Source: Pseudomonadota bacterium (GTDB lineage Bacteria; Bdellovibrionota_F; JAHFAK01; JBDREC01). Taken from it: a stretch of 39,712 nucleotides of DNA. Each line of letters starts with the position of its first letter. Within the stretch, counting starts at the first letter, position 1. Below the pieces are notes generated by a model, which saw only the letters and a program-made list of their open reading frames with translations, was not told the origin of the DNA and did no database searches. Shown piece after piece: positions 1 to 10,249 of this stretch. Both the position numbers and the translations under genes were made by a program. The stretch spans positions 1-39,712 of the forward strand of contig JBDREC010000083.1 in NCBI GenBank assembly GCA_043820105.1. Direction: 5' to 3'.

Positions 1-224
1 TTTTATTAAAATTATATTTTAATATAAAGAACTTTTTCAATTATTTTTCTCGTTTTTTTTTCATCGAAAATCTTCAATAATTATTACTGCCTTTTTTTCA
101 GACTTTTCTTGAAAGGCACATATAATAAGGCTTAAATAATATATATATTATAAAAATTATAGTAACATTTATACACATCTGAATATTAACTTTTATAAAT
201 ATTAAAATATTTAATCTCTTTGTA

Positions 225-253
225 TTGACAATTGTACATCAAATAAATATAAT
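225..253 (+). promoter_or_regulatory. sigma70-type promoter of the histone-like gene
   Basis: Exact TTGACA (225-230), 17-nt spacer, exact TATAAT (248-253); SD GAGGAG precedes ATG 301. Confidence 0.8.
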
Positions 254-300
254 TTAGCATAGTTATATTTAATTTACTAAACCTTCAAGAGGAGTGAAGT

Positions 301-546
301 ATGGCAGTTAAAAAAGTACTTAAGAAGAAACCAGTTGCTAAAAAACCAGTTGCTAAAAAACCAGTTAAAAAAGTGGTTAAAAAAGTAGCAGCTAAAAAAG
401 TAGCAGCTAAAAAACCAGCAGCTAAAAAACCAGCAGTTAAAAAAGCAGTTAAAAAAGTGGTTAAAAAAGTAGCAGCTAAAAAACCAGTTGCTAAAAAACC
501 AGTTGCTAAAAAACCTGCTAAGAAAAAAGTTGCTAAAAAAGCATAA
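301..546 (+). CDS. histone H1-like (HctB/Hc2-like) Lys/Ala/Pro/Val-rich DNA-binding protein
   Basis: 81 aa made almost entirely of KKPVA/KKVAA/KKPAA pentapeptides; SD and consensus promoter present. Confidence 0.8.
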   Translation: MAVKKVLKKKPVAKKPVAKKPVKKVVKKVAAKKVAAKKPAAKKPAVKKAVKKVVKKVAAKKPVAKKPVAKKPAKKKVAKKA

Positions 547-570
547 AGATTAAACTCTAGTTTAGTCTTT
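545..570 (+). terminator. hairpin directly after the histone-like gene, possible terminator
   Basis: AAAGATTAAAC-TCTA-GTTTAGTCTTT: 11-bp stem with one G-U pair; AT-rich. Confidence 0.4.
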
Positions 571-713
571 ATAAAATTGTTTAATTTGGAATCTAGCAAA
601 ACGTTTCTAGATAGGCCTAAGATTGAGTGCTAAGAACGGGTGTCTAAAAATGGCTGGAATTCTACAAACGACTTTTACACATCTTTAAAAAATTATGTGA
701 AAATACTAGTCTT

Positions 714-735
714 ACGACGAATTCAATTTCGTCGT
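714..735. terminator. hairpin between convergent genes, possible terminator
   Basis: ACGACGAA-TTCAAT-TTCGTCGT perfect 8-bp stem. Confidence 0.45.
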
Positions 736-779
736 TTATGTGCTTGATATTATAATTTTATTGAAATTTAAGTCTTACA

Positions 780-1598
780 TTAAGGAATACATTTATTGAT
801 ACGATTTAGGATTGAAAGCTTGGCATTTTTTCTATCATTTTCATAGGTAACATCTACAAAAATTTCAAGAGGATTGGCTCTTAGCTTTGCAGGCTCATTA
901 GAACTTAGATAATTAAAATTATTAACCACCTGGGCACTTAATGCTGGGCAAAGTGGATTATTTGGGTCAAGCAAAGCATCTCTAAGAGCATACATTTTAT
1001 CACAATCAACAACAGGTGTTTTACCAATTGCTGTTACGCTATCTGTCAACTCATTATATTGCCCTGCATGTTTATTTCTTAATAAACCAATTTCACATCT
1101 TCTATCAGATATTCTTTTAGGGAGAACACTTTTTATTACCCACTTCCAATCATTTGTTCTTTCATAATCTGGACCTTCATCAACATAGTCAGTATCAATT
1201 GGTGCTGGAGGAGGTGTGTATACTTCTGGACATGGATTTTCATCACCACCACAAGGATCTTCTTCTTCACACTCTCTAGGATCACAACCAACATAACCAC
1301 AGCACATTGGAACTTCAACAACTTGATAAGGTTGAATATATTTAACCTTAACTTGTTTCTTTGTTACATTTACAACTGGTGTTTGTGGCGCTTGATAATC
1401 AGGCATTTGGCCAAGTTGATCAAGAACTGATTGAGCAATAGAAGGACCAGCAGCAGGAGGTGGAGGTGTAATGCCTTGATTATTTGCTGAATTATTAGCA
1501 TTGAAATCTACTGGCATTGGCTTATATTTTTTACATGATGAAAAAACAAGCACTCCGAAAATCAATGTACTAATTAAAATAAATTTTACTATTTTCAT
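780..1598 (-). CDS. hypothetical lipoprotein with Pro-rich and Cys-rich acidic segments
   Basis: Signal peptide ending in VFSSC lipobox; CCGYVGCDPRECEEEDPCGGDENPC segment; AGGA SD. Confidence 0.75.
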   Translation of the reverse strand: MKIVKFILISTLIFGVLVFSSCKKYKPMPVDFNANNSANNQGITPPPPAAGPSIAQSVLDQLGQMPDYQAPQTPVVNVTKKQVKVKYIQPYQVVEVPMCCGYVGCDPRECEEEDPCGGDENPCPEVYTPPPAPIDTDYVDEGPDYERTNDWKWVIKSVLPKRISDRRCEIGLLRNKHAGQYNELTDSVTAIGKTPVVDCDKMYALRDALLDPNNPLCPALSAQVVNNFNYLSSNEPAKLRANPLEIFVDVTYENDRKNAKLSILNRINKCIP

Positions 1599-1667
1599 GT
1601 GATGTCCTATTAATAGTTAAAAAATTAACTTTACTCCTACCCTTATACCTATCCCAAAAAACTTATC

Positions 1668-2730
1668 TCAGTCAGATTCTGCGGTTTTAATAGCAGCGAG
1701 AAAATACTGAAGTGATTTTCCTGCTAGTTTTGATACATCAAAAGTTTCTCCATCTGCTGCATTTAGGCCACTTGAAACTACAACAGTCTTGGCGCCGTCT
1801 TCGCTAGTTTCTACAGACAATTTAAAACCCACTGATATTAACATTATATCAACACCTTCGTAACAGCCGTCACAGTCTGTCGCATGAATTTTATAAGGTT
1901 TTTTTTTCATGTGTGATCAATTCACATACATATGTCTCAGAAGGTTCTACATGTTCTGACCATAGTTTAAAACCTTCAGGCATGAAAAATTCTTCTTCTG
2001 TCCAGCCTTCTAGTTCATATTCTTCGTCATTAACTTTTAATGAAATATCAGTAACCCCGTTTATCATATTTATTGAAACAGCAAGAAGATCCTCTTCAGG
2101 ATCAATTATGGGATCAGTGTTGTCTAGTGCTGCTTCAATACCTTCTATATAGAACTTAAGAGGTTTTCCTGCAATCTTTGTTACATCAAATTCTTCATCA
2201 GCTGCTTTTACAGCTTCGCTTGATATATTAACAACTTCTGCATCGCCCTCACCTTTTTCCAAAGTGAAAGTAAAAGTTACGGCTGTTAGCATAATTTCTA
2301 CACCTTCGCTACAACCATCACAATCAGTAACCTTTATTTTAAAAGGTTCCCCTGTAGATGCTGCTAGGCTTATAACTGCAAGGCCAGCTGGATCAACGCT
2401 TAAGTTATAAGCTTCTGGCAATGAAATTTCATCTTTCCATCCATCAATTTCTGCTTCTGTATCATTAATTTTTACAGTTACATTCCACTTATTATCTTTA
2501 CCTTCAATATTTATTGCTATTTTATTTTCAGTCCCTGGAACAGGGTCTTCTGGATCATCATCTTTTGGGGGTGCTGGAGCTGGTTTTGGATCATCTCCGC
2601 CTTTTTTAGCAGCCTTAGCTGCCTCTGCCTTTTCCTTAGCCCCTGGAATCTCTCTTTTGCAAGATGTTGTTAAAACACTCACAGAAATTATGAATATTAA
2701 GGTAATAAGTATTATAAATAACTTCTTCAT
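1668..2730 (-). CDS. lipoprotein with two ~130-aa repeats each carrying TDCDGC; split by a frameshift at an A9 run (ORFs 1891-2730 and 1668-1910)
   Basis: LTTSC lipobox. Repeat 1 reads PFKIKVTDCDGCSEGVEIML...FDVTKIAGKPLKFY. Repeat 2 continues across the two ORFs as PYKIHATDCDGCYEGVDIML...FDVSKLAGKSLQYF. Confidence 0.75.
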
Positions 2731-3004
2731 TAAATAACCCCTATAATAAAATTTAAGTTATTAGAATTTCCAATTTGATATAATTCATATTCAAGAATCA
2801 TACCAAGAAGGATTAAAAACTAATATCTCATATTTCCGGACACTTACACAAGTCGTATTGGAAGATGAAAAGGTTTATTGGGACATGCCATCCTCAAAAA
2901 TCATGTTTTTTTGACCTATTTATGTCTTATAATAAATTTTTCTGAAACTAGCTAAAATGACTCAACATTTTGATTTTTCAAAGAAATTGTTTTAGGACGG
3001 TTTT

Positions 3005-3020
3005 TGGCGCACTTTGTGCA
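3005..3020 (+). promoter_or_regulatory. candidate sigma54 (-24/-12) promoter
   Basis: TGGCGCACTTTGTGCA has GG-N10-GC spacing and lies ~50 nt upstream of ATG 3070 (SD GGAGG). Confidence 0.5.
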
Positions 3021-3069
3021 TAATATAAAAATTAAATAAAAAAATCTGACTTTATATTGGAGGCAGTTA

Positions 3070-3537
3070 ATGAAGAAATTATTTTTAATATTAATATCCA
3101 TTTCAGCAATAGCTGTAATGTCATGCTCTAATTATGACAATAATCCCTGGGGCTATGTAGATGCTGATGGAGATGGCGTAGCTGATGGCTCTGAAACAGG
3201 TTATTATAACTCAACAGAAGTTAACATAGGAATTGAAGCTGGCACTGTATCAGAATTCAAAGAAAACTTTTTACAGTGTGTAGAATATGTTGAAGATTCA
3301 TGTAAAAATGAAAATTATGAGTGTGTTGAAGAAATGGTTGAATACTGCATTGAAGATTATGATGATTATATTGACGATTTATGTGATGAAGAAGATGTTT
3401 GCCAGCCTGAAGTAGTAATTAATTGTGTAGAAAATATTCTTGATGATGAAGACGAAAACGCCGATTTTTTTGAAGCTCTTGAAGACTGTGAAGATGCAGA
3501 TTATGAAAATAACGATAATGATGAAGATGAAAAATAA
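3070..3537 (+). CDS. very acidic, Cys-rich lipoprotein (possible Ca/metal binding)
   Basis: AVMSC lipobox; DADGDGVADG loop; D/E-rich with periodic Cys; GGAGG SD. Confidence 0.75.
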   Translation: MKKLFLILISISAIAVMSCSNYDNNPWGYVDADGDGVADGSETGYYNSTEVNIGIEAGTVSEFKENFLQCVEYVEDSCKNENYECVEEMVEYCIEDYDDYIDDLCDEEDVCQPEVVINCVENILDDEDENADFFEALEDCEDADYENNDNDEDEK

Positions 3538-3572
3538 TTTTGAATTTTGAATCTTGAATTTTGAATTATTAA
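3538..3572. repeat. 7-nt tandem array (TTTTGAA family)
   Basis: ttttgaa ttttgaa tcttgaa ttttgaa ttattaa fills the whole gap between two convergent stop codons. Confidence 0.75.
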
Positions 3573-5006
3573 TCAATACGCTTTGGCGAAAATTACGCGC
3601 CTTTTGGAGTCCTTTTCACATCTAATACACTTTCCTGCTTCTTTTTCATAATCAAAAGTTAGACAGCGAATTGAAGCTTTTGTTTCTGCTGCTATTTTCT
3701 TTTCGCAAGCTCCATCTCCGCACCAGTGTGCATTTATAAAGCCTCCAGGATTTTCGAGCTTTTCTTTAAAATCATCGTAGGTATCAACATTGAAAGTATG
3801 ATCTTCGCGGAGCTTTAAAGCTCTATCAAATAAGGTCTTTTGAATATTATCTAAAGTATCTTTAACAACTTGAACGAAACCTTCTTTAGTTACTGTAAAT
3901 TTTTCTTTTGTGTCTCTTCTTGCAAAGAATAAGGAATTATTTTCCATATCCTTTGGACCAATGTCTATTCTTAAAGGAATACCAACAAGTTCTGCTTCTG
4001 CAAACTTCCAACCAGGTTTATAATTTTCTCTATCATCTAAAATATGATTAATGGAAGCCTTGGTTAATTCTTCAGAAACTGCCTTTGCATAAGCCATAAT
4101 CTCTTCTTTTTGATCATCATTTTTGGAAATAGGTATAATTATAACCTTATTTTCAGCTAGCTTTGGAGGCAGAATTAAACCTTCATCATCTGAATGAGCC
4201 ATTATTAAGGCTCCAATTAATCTTGTTGAAACACCCCAGCTAGTTGCATAAACATATTTCATTTCACCATCAGAATCCTGAAATTTCACATCAAAAGCTT
4301 TTGCAAAATTTTGATCCAAATTGTGACTTGTTCCTGCTTGCAATGCCTTTTTATCTTGCATCATGGCTTCAATACAATAGGTGTGTTTAGCTCCTGCAAA
4401 TTTTTCATTCTCTGTTTTTATGCCCGTTAAAACTGGAACAGCCATATATTCTTCTGCAAACTTTTTATAAACTCCAAGCATCTTTACTGTTTCTTCTTCT
4501 GCTTCTTCAGCAGTTGCATGAGCTGTGTGACCTTCTTGCCATAAAAATTCAGTTGTTCTTAAAAAAAGCCTTGTTCTCATTTCCCATCTAACAACATTTG
4601 CCCATTGATTATATAAAAGAGGTAAGTCTCGATAAGACATTATCCATTTTTTATACATACTCCAAATAATAGTTTCAGATGTTGGTCTAATAAATAATGG
4701 CTCATCAAGCTTTTTACCACCACCATGGGTAACAACAGCACATTCAGGTGAAAAACCTTCAACGTGTTCAGCTTCTTTATGCATAAAGCTTTCAGGAATA
4801 AGCATAGGGAAATAGGCATTTTTATGCCCTGTTTCCTTAAACATCTTATCAAGATTTTTCTGAATATTTTCCCAGATCTCATAGCCATTTGGTCTTATTA
4901 CCATACAACCCTTAACAGGTGAATAGTCAGCAAGTTTTGCATTTATAACAATATCAACATACCATTTTGAATAATCTTCAGACCTAGGCGTAATTCTCTT
5001 TGCCAT
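3573..5006 (-). CDS. proS: prolyl-tRNA synthetase, archaeal/eukaryote-type
   Basis: [47 protein letters not shown] motifs; C-terminal Zn-type Cys and FAKAY end. Confidence 0.97.
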   Translation of the reverse strand: MAKRITPRSEDYSKWYVDIVINAKLADYSPVKGCMVIRPNGYEIWENIQKNLDKMFKETGHKNAYFPMLIPESFMHKEAEHVEGFSPECAVVTHGGGKKLDEPLFIRPTSETIIWSMYKKWIMSYRDLPLLYNQWANVVRWEMRTRLFLRTTEFLWQEGHTAHATAEEAEEETVKMLGVYKKFAEEYMAVPVLTGIKTENEKFAGAKHTYCIEAMMQDKKALQAGTSHNLDQNFAKAFDVKFQDSDGEMKYVYATSWGVSTRLIGALIMAHSDDEGLILPPKLAENKVIIIPISKNDDQKEEIMAYAKAVSEELTKASINHILDDRENYKPGWKFAEAELVGIPLRIDIGPKDMENNSLFFARRDTKEKFTVTKEGFVQVVKDTLDNIQKTLFDRALKLREDHTFNVDTYDDFKEKLENPGGFINAHWCGDGACEKKIAAETKASIRCLTFDYEKEAGKCIRCEKDSKRRVIFAKAY

Positions 5007-5043
5007 TAAATTCTCCCAAACACTGTTCAGTTGGATAATGTTA

Positions 5044-5074
5044 AGCTGAAGGCTGATAGCCGAAAGCTGACAGC
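5044..5074. repeat. 7-nt tandem array (AGCTGAN family)
   Basis: agctgaa ggctgat agccgaa agctgac agc between rho and proS. Confidence 0.7.
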
Positions 5075-5077
5075 TTC

Positions 5078-6325
5078 CTATTGATTCATTGAAGCTAAGA
5101 ACTCATCATTGGTTTCAGTTTTTGTAAACTTATCAAGTAAAAATTCCATTGTATCAACTGCATTAAGAGGATGCAGCACTTTTCTAAGAATCCAAATCTT
5201 AGCCAAAGTATCTTTATCAAGAAGCAGTTCTTCTTTTCTTGTACCTGACTTATTAATATCCATTGATGGAAAAAGTCTTCTTTCAACAAGTTTTCTGTCA
5301 AGATGAATTTCCAAGTTACCTGTTCCTTTGAATTCTTCAAAGATAACTTCGTCCATTCTTGAACCTGTATCAATCAGAGCTGTTGCTATAATTGTTAAGC
5401 TGCCGCCTTCTTCGATGTTACGAGCAGCACCAAAAAATCTTTTTGGTCTGTGCAGAGCATTAGAATCAACACCACCTGAAAGAATTTTTCCTGAAGGAGG
5501 AACAACTGTGTTATAAGCTCTGGCAAGCCTTGTAATTGAGTCAAGCAAGATAACAACATCTTTTTTATGTTCAACAAGTCTTTTTGCTTTTTCAATAACC
5601 ATTTCAGCAACCTGTACGTGTCTTTGTGCAGGTTCATCAAAAGTTGAGCTTATTACTTCGCCCCTAACAGATCTTTGCATATCTGTAACTTCTTCAGGTC
5701 TTTCATCAATTAGCAAAACAATCAAAGTTGCCTCAGGATTGTTTTTTTCAATTGCATGAGCAATATCTTGAAGTAGCATTGTTTTACCAGTTCTTGGTGG
5801 AGCAACGATTAATGCACGTTGACCTTTTCCAACAGGTGTTAAGAGATCCATAATCCTTGTTGTGTAGTTTCTAGGCGCCCATTCAAGATTAAGTTTCTCA
5901 TCAGGATATAACGGTGTTAAGTTATCAAATAAAACCTTTTGATGCATAACTTCTGGATCTTCAAAATTCACAGTATTAACTTTTAATAGTGCAAAATATC
6001 TTTCATTATCCTTGGGAGGCCTAATCATGCCAGCAACTGTATCGCCTGTTTTAAGACCAAATTTTTTGATTTGTGAAGGTGAAACATAAATGTCATCAGG
6101 ACCAGGAAGATAGTTATAGTTAGGTGCTCTTAAAAATCCGAAACCATCAGGAAGTGTTTCTAAAACACCTTCTCCATAAATTTCACCATCTTTTTCTGCT
6201 TTTGTTTGTAAAAGGGCAAAGATAAGTTCTTGCTTACGCATGGTTGCTGCTGATTCGATTTTAAGATCTTTGGCGAGCTTTAAAAGTTCGCTAGGTTTTT
6301 TTTCTTTTAGTTCGTTTAAATTCAT
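5078..6325 (-). CDS. rho: transcription termination factor Rho
   Basis: [61 protein letters not shown]. Confidence 0.98.
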   Translation of the reverse strand: MNLNELKEKKPSELLKLAKDLKIESAATMRKQELIFALLQTKAEKDGEIYGEGVLETLPDGFGFLRAPNYNYLPGPDDIYVSPSQIKKFGLKTGDTVAGMIRPPKDNERYFALLKVNTVNFEDPEVMHQKVLFDNLTPLYPDEKLNLEWAPRNYTTRIMDLLTPVGKGQRALIVAPPRTGKTMLLQDIAHAIEKNNPEATLIVLLIDERPEEVTDMQRSVRGEVISSTFDEPAQRHVQVAEMVIEKAKRLVEHKKDVVILLDSITRLARAYNTVVPPSGKILSGGVDSNALHRPKRFFGAARNIEEGGSLTIIATALIDTGSRMDEVIFEEFKGTGNLEIHLDRKLVERRLFPSMDINKSGTRKEELLLDKDTLAKIWILRKVLHPLNAVDTMEFLLDKFTKTETNDEFLASMNQ

Positions 6326-6482
6326 TATTTGACTCCATTGAAATTATATATATATGAATAATATTATTGTTGGCTAATATGGGTAGTTTTCTTTGCTAAT
6401 TAGTAATAATAAGAATCGTATTATTTATATTGAATGATATTAATCATTTGTTTTAAAATGTCAATATGTTTTCATATTTTTG

Positions 6483-7337
6483 TCAAATTTTAATATCTGT
6501 AACAGTTTCAATTGAAATAGCGCCTTCATCAAGAAGCTTAAAATTTCCTTCATTTTCCTTTCTTTTTTTATCCCATTTTACAACAAAAACGTCACGGTTT
6601 TGTTCAAGAGCCATCCTGGCAGTTATTAATGAGCCAGATCTTAAAGAGGCCTCAATAATTATAATAGATTTTGAAAGGCCACTAATAATTCGATTTCTTC
6701 TTGGGAAATGATAAGGAAGAGCTGGCATGCCAATTGGGTATTCTGATAAAAGAAGGTTATCTTTTAGTAATTGAGCATACAGGTATTTATTTGAAGGAGG
6801 ATAAATACTGTCAACTCCTGAACCTAGAACAGCTATTGTTTCGCCATTTGATTTTAAAGCACCAAGATGAGCTGAGGCATCTATTCCAAAAGCCATGCCA
6901 GAGACAATACAAAAACCTTTTTTTGAAAGTTCAAAGGCAAACTCAAAGGCAAAATCTTCAGCTTCACGGGTACATTTTCTAGCTCCAACAATTCCAATAG
7001 TTTTTTTGTTTTTTAAAACAGCTGGATTACCTCTTAAATAAAGCAAGCAAGGAGGATCAAAAAGCTGACCTAAAAGTTTAGGATAATCTTTACTGTAAAT
7101 ATTCAAAAAACTTATGTCATTATTTTTTTCGATAAAAAATGAATTTCTAATGCTTTTTGACTGTTTAAACTTCTCATAGTCATTTAAAAATTCTTTGAAA
7201 AAATCTAATCTTTTATCAATTATATCTTTTGGTTTAAGTTTTTGTGTATATAGATAATTTAATAAAGTGCTATTATTATGAATTCTTTGGCTTAATAAAA
7301 GCCAAATTTTATCTTCATTGTTAAGAAGTGGGCACAT
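6483..7337 (-). CDS. dprA: DNA-processing protein DprA (short form without C-terminal extension)
   Basis: DPPCLLYLRG, IVGAR, IVSGMAFGID, AVLGSG, FPRRNRIISGLS, EASLRSGSLITA. Confidence 0.93.
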   Translation of the reverse strand: MCPLLNNEDKIWLLLSQRIHNNSTLLNYLYTQKLKPKDIIDKRLDFFKEFLNDYEKFKQSKSIRNSFFIEKNNDISFLNIYSKDYPKLLGQLFDPPCLLYLRGNPAVLKNKKTIGIVGARKCTREAEDFAFEFAFELSKKGFCIVSGMAFGIDASAHLGALKSNGETIAVLGSGVDSIYPPSNKYLYAQLLKDNLLLSEYPIGMPALPYHFPRRNRIISGLSKSIIIIEASLRSGSLITARMALEQNRDVFVVKWDKKRKENEGNFKLLDEGAISIETVTDIKI

Positions 7338-7343
7338 CTTGAT

Positions 7344-9653
7344 TTAAGCGCATTCAGAATAGCCACAAGATTTGCAAATAACGCAGCCAGATTCATGCTC
7401 AAGTGTTCCACCACAATCTGGACAAGCTCCTCTTATATGAAGTTCAGAATCATCAAATAAAAAATTCATCTCAACTTCTGATTCGCCCTTATTTTCCTTG
7501 GCATAAGATTCAAGAGCATAACCAATTGCATCAGCGCAAGAAGATATTCGTGTTCCTGTATCCCAGCATTGTTGGTGGCAAGAGATCCCCTTTAGTTGCT
7601 TGATAATGGTCTCAACTGGAGATCCTGCTCTTAATGAATGTGATATTAAACGAGAAATTGCTTCAGATTGGCTAGCAGCGCAACCACCAGCTTTACCCAT
7701 TTGGCAGAAAAGTTCAAAGGTTCTTCCTTCTGAATCTTTATTTATAGTAACATATAAATTACCGCAACCTGTTTTAACCTTTCTTGTTAAACCATAAGTA
7801 ACAGGTGGTCTTGGTTTAGCTTCACCTTGTGGAGTTGGAGAAACAAGGCCATCTGCCCTGTCCTTGCCCGAATGCCCAACATTTAAAACTTGCTCATCTC
7901 TAGAGCCATCTCTATAAACTGTAACACCCTTGCATTTAAGATTATAAGCCATCATGTAAACTTCTTTTACATCTATCTTTGTTGCTTTATTTGAAAAGTT
8001 TACAGTTTTTGAAACAGCATTATCTGTATACCTTTGAAATGCTGCCTGCATCTTAACATGCCACTCTGGTGCAATGTCATGGCTTGTTACAAAAATTCGT
8101 CTAATTTCAGGAGGAACTTCTTCACAATTTTGAACAGAACCAGATTCTGCTATTTTCTTAATCAATTCTTCAGTATAAAAACCCTTTTCAGTAGCGATTT
8201 CTTCAAAATAAGAATATGTTTCAGGAAGCTTATCTTTATCTAAAACATTTCTATAATAAGAAAGTGCAAACAAAGGTTCAATGCCAGAAGAGCAATTTGC
8301 GATAATGCTGATAGTACCTGTTGGAGCAATGGTAGTTCTTGTAGCGTTTCTCATATAAGAAGAACCATTGTTTTTATATTTACTTTTATGGATATTTGAA
8401 AAAGATCCTCTAACTTTTGAAAGAGCAATTGAAGTTTCCTGAGCTGTTTCATTAATAAACTTCATTACTGATTCGCCAGTATGCAGGCCCTCTTCTGAAT
8501 CATAAGGAATTCCAAGCCGAATGAGCATATCCGCAAATCCCATTACCCCAAGACCAATCTTGCGATTAGAGTTAGTCATTTCTTTTATCTCAGGTATAGG
8601 ATAAACATTTATATCAATCACATTATCAAGGAATTTTGTTGCATTGATAACAGTATGGCGAAGTTTATTCCAATCAATTTCAAGTCCTGTTTCTTCTTTG
8701 ACTATCATGTTTGCCAGGTTTATTGATCCAAGATTACAAGATTCATAAGGCAAAAGAGGTTGTTCACCACATGGGTTGGTGCTTTCAATGTCTCCAACGC
8801 CGGGGGTTGAATTATATCTGTTTATTTCATCAATAAAAACGATTCCTGGTTCGCCATTTTTCCAGGCAGACTCAATGATAAGATCAAAAATTTCTTTTGC
8901 TTTAATTTTATCAGTAATTTCTCCTGTTCTCGGATTACGAAGAGCATAATACGTGTCTTTTTTATATGCTGACATAAACTCATCTGTTAAAGCAATGGAT
9001 ATATTAAAGTTATTCAAAACTTCTTGATCATGTTTTGCTTTTATAAATTCAATAATATCTGGATGATGAACACTCAAAATGGCCATGTTCGCGCCACGCC
9101 TTGTTCCACCTTGCTTTATGGCCTCAGTAGCTGCATCAAAAACTGTCATAAAAGAAATCGGTCCAGATGAAACACCCTTTGTAGAGTGAACAATATCATT
9201 TTTGGGCCTAAGTCTTGAAAAGGAGAACCCTGTGCCACCACCAGATTGATGAATTATGGCTGTTTGTTTAACTGCTTGAAAAATCTCTTCAATTGAATCT
9301 CCTACTGGCAAAACAAAACAAGCCGAGAGTTGACCTAATTTTCTTCCAGCATTCATCAATGTTGGTGAGTTTGGAATAAAGTCAAGTTTTCTCATCATAT
9401 GATAAAATAGCTCTTCATCTCTTTGCCTGGCTTCTTCTCCCTCATGTTTTTCAGAAGCCCTGGCTATGGTCTGAGCTACTCTTCTGAACATATCATCAGG
9501 TTTTTCACTTGTCTTACCATACTCGTCTTTTTTAAGATATCTTCTTTCAAGCACTGTAATTGCATTGCTAGAAATTTGCGGAAAACTAATTTCTTTCTCC
9601 ATCTGAACATTTACACTACTTTTCTCCATGCTGTATTCCTCAGAAGTTTGCAT
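7344..9653 (-). CDS. nrdJ: class II (B12-dependent) ribonucleotide reductase with C-terminal TSCPD-type domain and Zn ribbon
   Basis: NSPTLMNAG, LSACFV, RRGANM, TNPCGEQPL, CNLGSINL, IAPTGTIS; C-terminal CPDC...CVICKSC. Confidence 0.93.
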   Translation of the reverse strand: MQTSEEYSMEKSSVNVQMEKEISFPQISSNAITVLERRYLKKDEYGKTSEKPDDMFRRVAQTIARASEKHEGEEARQRDEELFYHMMRKLDFIPNSPTLMNAGRKLGQLSACFVLPVGDSIEEIFQAVKQTAIIHQSGGGTGFSFSRLRPKNDIVHSTKGVSSGPISFMTVFDAATEAIKQGGTRRGANMAILSVHHPDIIEFIKAKHDQEVLNNFNISIALTDEFMSAYKKDTYYALRNPRTGEITDKIKAKEIFDLIIESAWKNGEPGIVFIDEINRYNSTPGVGDIESTNPCGEQPLLPYESCNLGSINLANMIVKEETGLEIDWNKLRHTVINATKFLDNVIDINVYPIPEIKEMTNSNRKIGLGVMGFADMLIRLGIPYDSEEGLHTGESVMKFINETAQETSIALSKVRGSFSNIHKSKYKNNGSSYMRNATRTTIAPTGTISIIANCSSGIEPLFALSYYRNVLDKDKLPETYSYFEEIATEKGFYTEELIKKIAESGSVQNCEEVPPEIRRIFVTSHDIAPEWHVKMQAAFQRYTDNAVSKTVNFSNKATKIDVKEVYMMAYNLKCKGVTVYRDGSRDEQVLNVGHSGKDRADGLVSPTPQGEAKPRPPVTYGLTRKVKTGCGNLYVTINKDSEGRTFELFCQMGKAGGCAASQSEAISRLISHSLRAGSPVETIIKQLKGISCHQQCWDTGTRISSCADAIGYALESYAKENKGESEVEMNFLFDDSELHIRGACPDCGGTLEHESGCVICKSCGYSECA

Positions 9654-9803
9654 TTAATCCCTCCAAAAATTATAATTTTGATTTTTAAGTTGTAAATTAC
9701 TATATAAGGTAATAATGATTTGTTTTTCAATTAAAAAATTGAATTTAATTACGATTTTTTTTTTATTTGCATTAAAGTCAGTACTAATTCGTGGTAACTA
9801 TTT

Positions 9804-10247
9804 ATGAAAATAGCTTTTGCTAAAAATATTGTTTTTGATGGAAATAAATTATTTAAAGGTCCCTTTGCTTTTTATATCTTTGGTGATTCTTGTTGTAAAC
9901 TACAAGTATCCTTAATGGAAGACCTCAAACATGGTAAATACCTTAATATAGCCAATTCAAGAAATCTACCAAGAGAATCTTTTGACATATTAGTTGTTAC
10001 TGGAATTATCACCGCCAAGTCAGCACTAATCCTAAAAGATATTTATACAAACATGCTTAATCCTAAATATGTTATTAGTGTCGGTTCTTGTGCAAATTCT
10101 GGAGGTTTGTTTAAAAGCTACAATACAATTAATACAATCAATACCATTATCCCTATTGATATCTATGTGCCGGGATGCCCACCAAGAAAAGAAGCTATTG
10201 TTGAGGCTTTAAATAAGTTATCAATAAAAATGAAGGGAAATAAATAA
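9804..10247 (+). CDS. nuoB: NuoB-like Fe-S subunit (divergent)
   Basis: GDSCC, DILVVTG, PKYVISVGSCANSGG, DIYVPGCPP. Confidence 0.75.
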   Translation: MKIAFAKNIVFDGNKLFKGPFAFYIFGDSCCKLQVSLMEDLKHGKYLNIANSRNLPRESFDILVVTGIITAKSALILKDIYTNMLNPKYVISVGSCANSGGLFKSYNTINTINTIIPIDIYVPGCPPRKEAIVEALNKLSIKMKGNK

Positions 10248-10249
10248 AG

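Noticed and set aside
169-177. TTATACACA DnaA-box-like 9-mer in an AT-rich stretch
   Set aside because: Single copy with no dnaA nearby; expected by chance at this composition.
285-599. 104-aa hydrophobic ORF on the minus strand
   Set aside because: Antisense shadow of the Lys/Ala repeat gene; the promoter and SD support the plus strand.
3379-3576. 65-aa minus-strand ORF starting NSKFKIQNSK
   Set aside because: Translation of the TTTTGAA array plus antisense of the acidic lipoprotein.
9696-9713. NrdR-box-like sequence upstream of nrdJ
   Set aside because: Mismatches at core positions and no second box; no cobalamin riboswitch recognisable either.
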